A stretch of DNA of 34,484 nucleotides from Candidatus Bipolaricaulota bacterium (lineage in GTDB: Bacteria > Bipolaricaulota > Bipolaricaulia > UBA7950 > UBA9294), in the NCBI GenBank assembly GCA_021159105.1, contig JAGGSM010000091.1, forward strand, positions 1 to 34,484, in the 5' to 3' direction. The first letter of the stretch is position 1; each line of letters starts with the position of its first letter. Both the position numbers and the translations under genes were made by a program. This document shows, in pieces, positions 8,102 to 16,740 of the stretch. The notes under the pieces were generated by a model that saw only the letters and a program-made list of their open reading frames with translations, was not told the origin of the DNA and made no database searches.

Positions 8102-10644
8102 CGATCCTCAAAGGCGGGAGGCTCTTCCTTCGGTTCGGGCTTGCGCTCCACGCGCTCCTCCGGCTCCTTCTCTTGGGTCTGCTCCACCTGCTCCTCGTCT
8201 CTCCTTGCTCTCTCTTCCTCAGAGACTATGCGCCGCAGCTTGTAGCGGCCGCGGTCGTCGATGTCGAGGACCTCCACTTTCACCTTGTCCCCCGGCTTTA
8301 CGACGTCGGAGACCCGTCGCACGTACTCGTCGGAGAGGGCGGAGATGTGGATCAGGCCGGTCACCTCAGGTGTGAGTTCGACAAAGGCACCGTAATCGGT
8401 GGTGTTGGCGATCGTCCCCTCGATGATGTCTCCCACTTTGATCGATGGATCGACCTTCTTCGGGGCGTGGTGTCCGCTGTTGCCGTTTCCGCGGGAGCGC
8501 TTTCCGCCTCCTCCGCGGCCGTGCGCTGGGGCTTCGTCCCAATTGGCGCCCTCGATGACGCGGCGCAGGTCAGGCCGGCCCATCTTGTCCTCGCCGATGA
8601 CCTCGATCGTGATCTCATCCCCCGGCTTGACGATATCTCGCACGTTGTCCACGAATCCCGGTGCGAGGTTGGAGACGTGCACCAACCCTTCGCTTCCGTT
8701 CTTCAGATCGACGAAGGCACCGAAGTCGACGACCCGTGTGACCTTCGTCGTCATCTTAGTGCCGACCTCGATCTCTGCGGTCAGATCCTCGACCCAGCGC
8801 TTAGCCGCCTCGACGGATTCCATGTCCACGCTGGCCAGCTTCACCGTGCCATCGTCCTCGATGTCGATCTGAGCCCCGGTCTCCTCGATGATCTTGCGGA
8901 TCATCTTTCCTCCAGGACCAATTACGAGCCCGATCTTCTCTCGCGGGATGGTGATCGTCTCAAGGCGCGGGGCGTACATCGACAGCTGTTCGCGCGGTTC
9001 AGGGAGGACTTCCTCCATCTTGGCCAGGATCTCCAGGCGGGCTTGCCGCGCCTGTTCGAGCGCCTTTCTCAGCGTCTCGCGTCCGATCCCTCCGACCTTC
9101 ACATCCAGCTGGAAGCCCGTGATCCCATCGCGCGTCCCGATCACCTTGAAGTCCATGTCGCCGTAGTGATCCTCATCTCCCAGGATATCGGTGAGGATGA
9201 CCCGCCTCTGCGTGGATTCATCCTCGATCATCCCCATGGCGATTCCAGCCACCGGCTTCTTTATCGGCACGCCAGCGTCCATCATGGCCAGCGATCCGCT
9301 GCACACGGTCGCCATCGATGAGGACCCGTTCGATTCCAGTATCTCTGACACGATGCGGATTACGTATGGGAACTGATCCTCGTTTGGTAGTACAGCGCGC
9401 AGCCCACCCTCGGCGAGGTAACCGTGCCCAATCGAGCGCCGGCTTGGGGAGCCCATTCGTCCCACTTCTCCGACTGAGTAGGGAGGGAAGTTGTAGTGGA
9501 GCATGAACCGCTTTGTCCCTTCCTTCATCATCTGATCGATGATCTGCTCGTCCCCTCGCGTTGCGCCGAGAGTGGCGATCCCCAGGCTCTGCGTCTCTCC
9601 ACGGGTGAAGATGGCCGAACCATGCGCGCGTGGAAGGACCCCGACCTCGCAGGTGATCTTGCGGATCTCGTCCGGGCGGCGCCCGTCGATGCGCACGCCT
9701 CGATCGAGAACCTGGTTTCGCAGGTAGTCCCGATAGAGATCGTCTGTTATCGCGGCGACCCTCTTCTGCAGGGCGGCTGCTTCCTCAGAGGGCACGGCAT
9801 CCGTGACGATGTTCTCAATGGCGTGGTCGCGCAAGGACTTGACGAAGTCGGCGCGTTCCTTCTTGTTGCCCAAGGAGACGATGCTGGAGAACTCCGGCCC
9901 GATCAGCGCGGCCACCCGCTCGCGCAGGGATGAGTCCTCCTGAGGCGCAGCTGGAATCTCCTTCTTCACTGGGTGAACCTGCGCCACAAAGCGCTCCTGC
10001 AGCTCAACCAGCTGCTGGATCACCTCGTGCGCCACGCCGATGGAGGTAACAACTTCCTCCTCTGAGAGTTCGTCCATCAATCCTTCGACCATGGTCACCG
10101 TCTGCTTCGTTCCGGCGACCGTGATCTCCATGCTCCCCTCTTCCTGCACCTCGGCCCCAGGGTTCACGACGAACTCGCCGTCCTTGTACCCCACCTGCAC
10201 GCCGGCGATCGGGCCGTTGAACGGCGCCTCCGAGATCATCAGCGCCGCCGATGCCCCCAGGATGCTCAGCATGCTCGGTGAGCAATCGATCTCCGCTGAG
10301 AGGACAGTGGCGACGATCTGCACCTCGTCCTTGTACCCCTCCGGGAAGAGGGGGCGGATCGGCCGGTCGATCATCCGCGCGCTGAGAATGGCCACGTCGC
10401 TCGGGCGACCCTCGCGCTTGAAGAAGCCACCGGGGATCTTCCCGCTGGCGTAGAACCGCTCCTCATAGTCGACGCGGAGCGGGAAATAGTCGATATCCTC
10501 CCTGCTGTCCTGTACACACACCGTCACCAATACACGCGTATCTCCATAGCTTGCCAGCACTGCACCGCTCGCCTGTTTAGCGAGCCTCCCTGTCTCCAGG
10601 GAAAACTGTTTACCATTGATCTCTATACTTTCCTTTATTACCAT
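8095..10644 (-). CDS. pnp: Polyribonucleotide nucleotidyltransferase (PNPase) with an extra C-terminal S1 domain and a charged tail
   Basis: Two RNase PH-like halves, a KH domain (IGLVIGPGGKMIRKI), and then two S1-like segments: VGTKMTTKVTRVVDFGAFVDL...GLVHVS and VGDIIEGTIANTTDYGAFVEL...GLIHIS. 849 aa. Confidence 0.93.
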   Translation of the reverse strand: MVIKESIEINGKQFSLETGRLAKQASGAVLASYGDTRVLVTVCVQDSREDIDYFPLRVDYEERFYASGKIPGGFFKREGRPSDVAILSARMIDRPIRPLFPEGYKDEVQIVATVLSAEIDCSPSMLSILGASAALMISEAPFNGPIAGVQVGYKDGEFVVNPGAEVQEEGSMEITVAGTKQTVTMVEGLMDELSEEEVVTSIGVAHEVIQQLVELQERFVAQVHPVKKEIPAAPQEDSSLRERVAALIGPEFSSIVSLGNKKERADFVKSLRDHAIENIVTDAVPSEEAAALQKRVAAITDDLYRDYLRNQVLDRGVRIDGRRPDEIRKITCEVGVLPRAHGSAIFTRGETQSLGIATLGATRGDEQIIDQMMKEGTKRFMLHYNFPPYSVGEVGRMGSPSRRSIGHGYLAEGGLRAVLPNEDQFPYVIRIVSEILESNGSSSMATVCSGSLAMMDAGVPIKKPVAGIAMGMIEDESTQRRVILTDILGDEDHYGDMDFKVIGTRDGITGFQLDVKVGGIGRETLRKALEQARQARLEILAKMEEVLPEPREQLSMYAPRLETITIPREKIGLVIGPGGKMIRKIIEETGAQIDIEDDGTVKLASVDMESVEAAKRWVEDLTAEIEVGTKMTTKVTRVVDFGAFVDLKNGSEGLVHVSNLAPGFVDNVRDIVKPGDEITIEVIGEDKMGRPDLRRVIEGANWDEAPAHGRGGGGKRSRGNGNSGHHAPKKVDPSIKVGDIIEGTIANTTDYGAFVELTPEVTGLIHISALSDEYVRRVSDVVKPGDKVKVEVLDIDDRGRYKLRRIVSEEERARRDEEQVEQTQEKEPEERVERKPEPKEEPPAFEDRW

Positions 10645-10651
10645 CTCGTTA

Positions 10652-10924
10652 CTAGACTCCTCTGATTCCTAGGCTCTGAATCAATTCTTTGTATCCTGCG
10701 AGGTCGTGTCGTTTTACGTACTTCATCAGCCGGCGTCTCTGGCCGACCATCTTTCGCAGGCCTCGCTGAGAGCTAAAATCCTTGCGGTGGACGTTTAGGT
10801 GCTCGGTGAGCTCTCTGATCTTCTCGGTGAGCAGGGCGATCTGTACCTCTGCTGATCCCGTGTCCTTTTCACTCTGTCCGTACTTCTTTGCGATTTCTTC
10901 CTTCTTTTCCCGCGTTAGACTCAT
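10652..10924 (-). CDS. rpsO: 30S ribosomal protein S15
   Basis: [43 protein letters not shown]...[22 protein letters not shown] 10924 is preceded by GAAGGAGGAAGA. The ORF-track extension to 11032 was rejected. Confidence 0.93.
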   Translation of the reverse strand: MSLTREKKEEIAKKYGQSEKDTGSAEVQIALLTEKIRELTEHLNVHRKDFSSQRGLRKMVGQRRRLMKYVKRHDLAGYKELIQSLGIRGV

Positions 10925-11028
10925 TCTTCCTCCTTCTCTCCCGCATCCGAGGGAGGGATTGCCCCGTCTCCCAGAAAGGGATCGAAAAATACGTTTCTCG
11001 CCCGCAGCACCATGCCGCAGGGCACTGA

Positions 11029-12330
11029 TCAATTGGGGGCGATGCTCCCAAACCTGTTGACTACTTCGTACTTCACCCTCTCCTCATCTATCGTGAGGAG
11101 CTCTCCATCCCGCAGCAGGAACTCCCCTGCAACGAGCACATCTGTCACGTTCCTGGCGTGCGCGGCATAGACCAGGGCCGAGAACGGCTCGTACGCTGGC
11201 ACTGTGTCTACTCCATCCAGACGCACGAGAACTATATCAGCGTCTTCACCAACTGCGATCCTGCGTGCCCCCATTCCAAGGGCATCCGCCCCGTTCTCCG
11301 TGGCCATTCTCGCCACCTGCCTTGCTGGAAGGGCCGTTGGATCCTCCAATGCTGCCTTCTGTAACAGAGACGCCATCCGCATCTCTTCGAGCATGTCCTG
11401 GCTGTTGTTCGACGCTGCCCCGTCAGTTCCCAGGGCGACGTTCACCCCAGCGCTCAGTAATGATACAACAGGGGCATGACCGTTTCCCAGCTTGGCGTTA
11501 CTCTTCGGGCAGTGGACGGCTGTTACAGAGCGCTGCGCGAGCAGCCGTATCTCCTCTTCGTTCACGTGCACGCAGTGGGCGGCGATCGTCGGAACGGAGA
11601 AGACGCCCAGGTCATCCAGCGCTGTAACGGGTGAATGACCCCAATTCTTCATCGACCATTCCACCTCCGCGCGCGTCTCGCACAGATGAATGTGCAACGG
11701 GACATGCTCTTCGCGTGCCAAAGCGGTCGCCGCTCTCCATACATCGCGACCGCAGGTGTAGATGGCGTGCGGGCTGATCGCTGTCCTGATCCTCCCGTGG
11801 GATGAGCCGTGATAGTCCTTCACCACTTCGCGCGCCTTGGAGATCTCATCCTTCCCGTGCTGATCGAGGCGATGTGCCACGATTCCGTAGGAGAGGGTCC
11901 CGCGCATGCCCGCCTCGCTGACGGCCCGCGCGATGGAGTCGGTGTGGAAATACATGTCCGCGATCTGTGTCGTTCCGGATCTTAGCATCTCGGCGAGGCT
12001 GAGGAGGGATCCCCAGTAGACATCATCGTCGGTCAGCCTCTTCTCAGCCGGCCAGATGTGATCGTGCAACCATGTGTCGAGGGAAATGTCATCCGCCAGG
12101 CCGCGAAAGAGGCTCATTGGAATGTGGGTGTGCGCGTTTACGAACCCGGGCAGGGCAAACTTCCCCTTCCCATCGATAACCGTGTCCCCAGGCAGCTCTT
12201 GAATAGCCTCTTCAGTTACCGCAGAGATAACCCCGTCTTCGATGCGCAGGTTGACGCTCTTTACTGATCCTTCTTCGTCGACAACGACATTCTTAATGAC
12301 GATTCCCATTGACTGTTCTTCTTTTCCCAT
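11029..12330 (-). CDS. mtaD: Amidohydrolase, 5-methylthioadenosine/S-adenosylhomocysteine deaminase (MtaD)-like
   Basis: [32 protein letters not shown] and HLCET motifs. Start taken at ATG 12330 ([11 protein letters not shown]...), with ATG 12309 as an alternative. The ORF-track extension to 12531 runs through the divergent promoter region. Confidence 0.8.
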   Translation of the reverse strand: MGKEEQSMGIVIKNVVVDEEGSVKSVNLRIEDGVISAVTEEAIQELPGDTVIDGKGKFALPGFVNAHTHIPMSLFRGLADDISLDTWLHDHIWPAEKRLTDDDVYWGSLLSLAEMLRSGTTQIADMYFHTDSIARAVSEAGMRGTLSYGIVAHRLDQHGKDEISKAREVVKDYHGSSHGRIRTAISPHAIYTCGRDVWRAATALAREEHVPLHIHLCETRAEVEWSMKNWGHSPVTALDDLGVFSVPTIAAHCVHVNEEEIRLLAQRSVTAVHCPKSNAKLGNGHAPVVSLLSAGVNVALGTDGAASNNSQDMLEEMRMASLLQKAALEDPTALPARQVARMATENGADALGMGARRIAVGEDADIVLVRLDGVDTVPAYEPFSALVYAAHARNVTDVLVAGEFLLRDGELLTIDEERVKYEVVNRFGSIAPN

Positions 12331-12339
12331 CTGAAGGCA

Positions 12340-12345
12340 ATTATA
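12340..12345 (-). promoter_or_regulatory. -10 hexamer TATAAT placed 9 nt upstream of the mtaD ATG (leaderless-type arrangement)
   Basis: The minus strand reads TATAAT tgccttcag ATG. Confidence 0.4.
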
Positions 12346-12408
12346 GCCGTAATCTACAATGCCCGCAATGAAGTGGCGGCGCATCCTCGGCCTCACGTGG
12401 TCGCTTCT

Positions 12409-12416
12409 GATATAAT
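12409..12416 (+). promoter_or_regulatory. Extended -10 (TGATATAAT) placed 9 nt upstream of the yraN ATG
   Basis: The plus strand reads cTGATATAAT ggagagcag ATG. The GGAG could instead act as an SD for a transcript starting further upstream. Confidence 0.4.
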
Positions 12417-12425
12417 GGAGAGCAG

Positions 12426-12797
12426 ATGATGAACAGAGGGGAACGGATCGGCAAAGAAGGGGAGAAGATTGCCTGCGAGTACCTGCAGGAGCACGGGTAC
12501 GCGCTGATCGAGCGGAACTGGCGCTGTCCATTCGGGGAGATCGACATCATCGCCCGCGATGGGGACACGCTTGCCTTCGTGGAGGTGAAGCGTCGCTCGG
12601 CGTCAGGATACGGTGGGGCTGACGGCGCGCTCACTCTCCATAAGCGGCGCAGGATCATCGCTGCAGCAAGGATGTACCTGTCGGAGGTGGAGAGCGATCT
12701 TCCCGTCAGGTTCGATCTCGTCGCGATAGAGAAGGGAAGATTGACGCTGTTGAAGAGCGCATTTGAATTGGAGGACCGGTGTACTCCCGCCTTGTGA
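12426..12797 (+). CDS. yraN: YraN-family (UPF0102) endonuclease-like protein
   Basis: GEKIACEYLQEHGYALIERNWRCPFGEIDIIARDGDTLAFVEVKRR and VRFDLVAI. Confidence 0.88.
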   Translation: MMNRGERIGKEGEKIACEYLQEHGYALIERNWRCPFGEIDIIARDGDTLAFVEVKRRSASGYGGADGALTLHKRRRIIAAARMYLSEVESDLPVRFDLVAIEKGRLTLLKSAFELEDRCTPAL

Positions 12798-14311
12798 GTA
12801 GCGTCGTCGTGGGGATCGACGCGCGCAGCGTGGAGATCCAGTGCGATGTCACCGGAGGGTTGCCGGCGTTTCAGGTGGTCGGCCTGCCGGAGAAGGAGGT
12901 GAGTGAGAGCCGGGAACGGGTGCGCTCAGCGATCAAGAACTCCGGGTTTACCTTTCCTGCGAAGCGCATCACCGCCAACCTCGCCCCGGCCGATCTGCGC
13001 AAGGAAGGGGTCGGGTTCGATCTCCCCATCGCTCTGGCGATCCTCCTCGCCTCGGAGCAGATCGTATCGACCGGGCGCAAGTACGTCATTGTCGGCGAGC
13101 TGTCTCTAAATGGGGAGGTCCGTCACGTCCCTGGTGTCCTTCCGATCGCTATGCACGCCGCTCGCGGTGGGTATGATGGGCTGATCGTCCCCAAGGAGGA
13201 CGCGATCGAGGCGGCCCTCGTCGATGGTGTTCCTGTCTATCCGGTGTCCGATTTGGCGGAGGCAGCGGCGTTCATCGCTGGTCTCCTCGATATCGACCGG
13301 TTCGTCGTCGATCGAGAGGCGCTCCTGGAGCATGCCTACATCCCCGCTCAGGTTGATCTCTCCGATGTGAAGGGGCAGGAGATGGCCAAACGTGCCTTGG
13401 AGATCTCCGCTGCCGGAGGGCATAACCTGGTGATGAGCGGCCCGCCCGGGGCAGGGAAGAGCATGTTAGCCCATGCCCTTCCCGGTATCTTGCCTTCACT
13501 GTCCTTTGCGGAGGCATTGGAGGTGACGCGTATTTACAGCATCGCCGGCCTCCTTGAACCGCAGACCCCGCTCATCACTACACCTCCGTTTCGCGCTCCG
13601 CATCACACGATCTCCTATGCCGGCATGGTTGGCGGTGGACACGGCATGCCTGGCCCGGGGGAGATCACCCTCGCCCATCATGGCGTCCTCTTTCTGGATG
13701 AGATGCCGGAGTTCGACCGGCGAGTGCTGGAGACGCTCCGCCAACCGCTCGAGGATCGCTCGATCCTGCTATCGCGCGCCGGTGTCTCCGTCCGCTATCC
13801 GGCCAACTTCACCCTTGTTGGGGCGATGAATCCCTGCCCGTGTGGGCACCTCGGCGATCATACCCATCCCTGCACGTGCACGCCAAGCGAGATCAGGCGC
13901 TATCGCAAGCGCCTCTCCGGCCCGTTCCTCGATCGCGTCGATCTGTTCGTCGAGGTGCCGCGACTGACAACGCAGGAACTGACGTCCCGGCCGCGTGGGG
14001 AGAGGTCCGTCACGGTGCAAGAGAGGGTGAAGAGGGCGAGGCAGATCCAGCTCGAGCGGTTCAGTGGCAACCCTGGCCGGTTCACCAATGCGCTGATGTC
14101 CAGTAAGGAAATAGAGAAGTACTGCAATCTCGACAAGGAGGGGAAGGATCTCATCGAGCTTGCCATCACGCGCCTCGCCTTGAGCGCTCGCGCCTACACG
14201 CGTACACTGAAGGTAGCGCGCACGATCGCTGATCTCGATGGTTCATCGCACATCACGAGCGCGCACCTGGCGGAAGCGATTCAGTACCGTGCAAACGATG
14301 ATGTACTATAG
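12779..14311 (+). CDS. comM: YifB/ComM-family Mg-chelatase-like AAA+ ATPase
   Basis: Lon-like N-terminal domain (GLPAFQVVGLPEKEVSESRERVRSAI), Walker A GPPGAGKS, VLFLDE, and a C-terminal Mg-chelatase domain. GTG start, 19-nt overlap with yraN. Confidence 0.9.
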   Translation: MYSRLVSSVVVGIDARSVEIQCDVTGGLPAFQVVGLPEKEVSESRERVRSAIKNSGFTFPAKRITANLAPADLRKEGVGFDLPIALAILLASEQIVSTGRKYVIVGELSLNGEVRHVPGVLPIAMHAARGGYDGLIVPKEDAIEAALVDGVPVYPVSDLAEAAAFIAGLLDIDRFVVDREALLEHAYIPAQVDLSDVKGQEMAKRALEISAAGGHNLVMSGPPGAGKSMLAHALPGILPSLSFAEALEVTRIYSIAGLLEPQTPLITTPPFRAPHHTISYAGMVGGGHGMPGPGEITLAHHGVLFLDEMPEFDRRVLETLRQPLEDRSILLSRAGVSVRYPANFTLVGAMNPCPCGHLGDHTHPCTCTPSEIRRYRKRLSGPFLDRVDLFVEVPRLTTQELTSRPRGERSVTVQERVKRARQIQLERFSGNPGRFTNALMSSKEIEKYCNLDKEGKDLIELAITRLALSARAYTRTLKVARTIADLDGSSHITSAHLAEAIQYRANDDVL

Positions 14312-14511
14312 CTGCGCATCTGGAGGAATGAACTGCCCCGCCGTAAGCACGCGGTGTATCAAGAAGCTTCGTAAGAAGCACGCTCCGTGGCGCGGGGAAT
14401 GAACCACTGCGGGGGATTCACAGAAAATACACATTGTATTGGTATAGTTACTGGCTGTGTGGCTCTCGTACAAGGCAGTTTTTTGGCCATCATCCTTAAG
14501 GAGGAGAAGAG

Positions 14512-16677
14512 ATGAGACGCAAGTTATTGCTTATCCTCGGGTGTCTCTTTGTTATCGCGCTGAGCGTCTATGCAACCGAGTTCCCGGTCACCGTGACCGG
14601 TATCGGCATCGATGGAAACGTGAAGATAAAGGCATCTGACATCATGAAGGCTGTCCCCTTTCACAGCGGTGACAAGATCACCTCGGATCAACTGAAGGAC
14701 GCATCGCAGGCGATATACGACCTCGGCTGGTTCAGCGATGTGATCCCTGAGGTCGATGATGCTGGGCTCGTGACCTTCAAGGTGACCGAGAACCCGGTGG
14801 TGAAGAAGATCGAGATCACGGGGAACGTCAACACTGAGCCGTTCAGCATCCTTGGATGGACACTGTTCCGCACGCGCATCATGACGAGCGATAAGGCCCG
14901 CAGCATCCTGCGTGATAAGGGAGTGAAGAAGGGGAAAGTTCTAAACAACAATTCCTTGAAGGATGGGCTGCAGGCGATCATCGATGCCTACGACAAGAAG
15001 GGGTACGCCCTGATCATGATCGGCAAGGTGACGCCAGGGGAGACGCTGTCGATCCAGATCATCGAGGGAAAGATCGAGGCGAACATAGTCACTGGCCTGT
15101 CGACCGTTCCCGAGAAGATCGCTGCGGATATGATCGACCTACCGCTCAACGAGTGCCTGAAGAAGTCCGCTATCCAACGTGTGTTGTCGCGCTTGCAGGG
15201 GGCAGTCTATTTTTCGAAGGTCGACGTCAAGCCGCAGCAGGGGGCGACGCCGGACTCCGTGCGGCTTCTTTGGACGCTGACCGAGCGCAAGCTGATCGAC
15301 GCTCCGGTCACCATCAGCGGGATCGACCTGTCCGGGGTGACGCTCTTTCCACAGGAGATAGCCCAAGGGGCGATCGGCGACCTCCCGCAGGGTGAAATCG
15401 ATAACTACGGGCTCCTCCAGGTCCTGAAAGGCCTGTTCGATCTCTACTATCGGAACGGTTACGTGATGGTGAAGTTCGTTCCTGGGGCGGTCGAGAGCGG
15501 ACGCCTTGCAATTGAGGTTGAAGAGGGGAAGATCGGGAAGATACAAATCAGCGGGAATGATAACACGAAGACGTACGTGATCGAGAAAGTCCTCGGAATC
15601 AAACCGGGTGACATTTTAAATAAGAACAAATTGGCTGTCTCTTACCAGGCATTGATGTCGCTCAAGTACTTCAACTCTGTGAATGTAGAGCCGCAGTGGT
15701 CGGGCGACAGCGTTGTGCTCTCTGTTTCTGTGGTTGAGAACAAGAAGCTTGGTGGGATCAACGGATCTGTGGCCTACTCGCCAGAGAGCGGTGGGCTGGT
15801 TGGAAAACTCGACTACAGCCAGAAGAACCTCCTCGGGACGGGACAAGATCTCAATTTCTCGTTCAGCAGGGGATTGGTGAACGATCAGAGCGCGACCTGG
15901 GACCTTGGCTACAGCACGGTCGCTTTCTTCAAGGACTTCAATCGCGTGGGGGTGGACTTCTATCGCAAGACGGATGAGAAGACCGATGATGAAGGGAACG
16001 CCACGACCATCATCTCCCTCGGAGGCAACGCTTCGGTGAGCTTCCCGATCATGGACTACACAGACATGTCTCTTTCCTACAAACACGAGACCGTTAGTTC
16101 ATCCAATGACTCAGCCTGGCACCCGATAGATTCGATCACGACGGGGATTAGCTATGATGACGTCAATAACCCGCACTTTCCCACCGCGGGTAACAGGCGC
16201 TCACTAAGGCTCGAAAAGGCGGGCGGTTTTGCTCCGGGGCCGAGCTACGCCAAGCTTGATCTGAGCTGGGTCCACTTTGCACCGCTGTACATCAACCTGC
16301 CGTTCGTCTCCGAGCGCGATCAGGTCCTCGCGGTCCGTCTGGCAAGCGGCTGGGGGGTGAACATCCCCTTCTCTCAGGCCTATGATTTCGGTGGGCCGGG
16401 GACAATCCGCGGGACGAGTGCGACCCAGGTTCAGCGCCTGGCCTACGCCAACTTCGAGTACCGTTTGGCGGTGGTGGAAGGCCTCACTGGGACGCTCTTC
16501 CTGGATGCTGGCGTGCCTCTGAATAGGGTGGATCTCTCCGTGGCGAAGGGGTCTTTTGGGATCGAGTTTGGGATCGAGGCAGCTGGGATGTACGTCCGGC
16601 TGGACATGGCGTGGGTCCTGGGGCCGGACATGGGCTGGGTCCCGCACTTCGACTTCGGGTTCAGCCCGATGTTCTAG
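14512..16677 (+). CDS. bamA: BamA/Omp85-family outer membrane protein assembly factor
   Basis: Signal peptide (LLLILGCLFVIALSVYA), repeated POTRA-like units (e.g. I..I.I.GN....), a C-terminal beta-barrel ending in ...FGFSPMF, and an AAGGAGGAG SD. Confidence 0.85.
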   Translation: MRRKLLLILGCLFVIALSVYATEFPVTVTGIGIDGNVKIKASDIMKAVPFHSGDKITSDQLKDASQAIYDLGWFSDVIPEVDDAGLVTFKVTENPVVKKIEITGNVNTEPFSILGWTLFRTRIMTSDKARSILRDKGVKKGKVLNNNSLKDGLQAIIDAYDKKGYALIMIGKVTPGETLSIQIIEGKIEANIVTGLSTVPEKIAADMIDLPLNECLKKSAIQRVLSRLQGAVYFSKVDVKPQQGATPDSVRLLWTLTERKLIDAPVTISGIDLSGVTLFPQEIAQGAIGDLPQGEIDNYGLLQVLKGLFDLYYRNGYVMVKFVPGAVESGRLAIEVEEGKIGKIQISGNDNTKTYVIEKVLGIKPGDILNKNKLAVSYQALMSLKYFNSVNVEPQWSGDSVVLSVSVVENKKLGGINGSVAYSPESGGLVGKLDYSQKNLLGTGQDLNFSFSRGLVNDQSATWDLGYSTVAFFKDFNRVGVDFYRKTDEKTDDEGNATTIISLGGNASVSFPIMDYTDMSLSYKHETVSSSNDSAWHPIDSITTGISYDDVNNPHFPTAGNRRSLRLEKAGGFAPGPSYAKLDLSWVHFAPLYINLPFVSERDQVLAVRLASGWGVNIPFSQAYDFGGPGTIRGTSATQVQRLAYANFEYRLAVVEGLTGTLFLDAGVPLNRVDLSVAKGSFGIEFGIEAAGMYVRLDMAWVLGPDMGWVPHFDFGFSPMF

Positions 16678-16678
16678 G

Positions 16679-16707
16679 ATGACAGGAAGAAGAGCAGATC
16701 TTATAAT
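16679..16707 (+). promoter_or_regulatory. Sigma70-type promoter upstream of skp
   Basis: ATGACA (16679-16684), a 17-nt spacer, then TATAAT (16702-16707). It is followed by a leader carrying an AAGGAGGAG SD. Confidence 0.45.
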
Positions 16708-16740
16708 CTCTAGCGTGCTCTTGAAAAAAGGAGGAGAAGG

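Noticed and set aside
8089-9321. Long antisense ORFs opposite conserved genes: 8089..9321 (+) 410 aa, 4847..6202 (-) 451 aa, 20118..21203 (-), 21200..22255 (-), 22255..23151 (-), 32037..33008 (-), 33104..33979 (-), 1427..2101 (-), 18900..19682 (-)
   Set aside because: These are shadow ORFs, typical of GC-rich coding DNA. They lie entirely inside well-supported genes on the other strand, are Arg/Pro/Gly/His-rich, and show no recognisable motifs or plausible SD/start contexts.
10925-12531. N-terminal extensions given by the ORF track for rpsO (to 11032), mtaD (to 12531), murD (from 18699), korA (from 1316), korB (from 2452) and LCP (to 29562)
   Set aside because: The extensions are Arg/Pro/Ser-rich and overlap neighbouring genes or promoter regions. 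Internal starts with SDs or stop/start overlaps give proteins whose N-termini match the family norms.
14328-14515. Two small ORFs that both begin GGAATGAAC: MNCPAVSTRCIKKLRKKHAPWRGE (ATG about 14328) and MNHCGGFTENTHCIGIVTGCVALVQGSFLAIILKEEKR (14399..14515). The second ends in an ATGA overlap with bamA.
   Set aside because: The purine-rich stretch abuts the ATG with 0-2 nt spacing, which is poor for an SD. A 38-codon open frame is not improbable by chance, with about 15% odds. The second ORF would also contain the best promoter candidate for bamA. There is no motif support.
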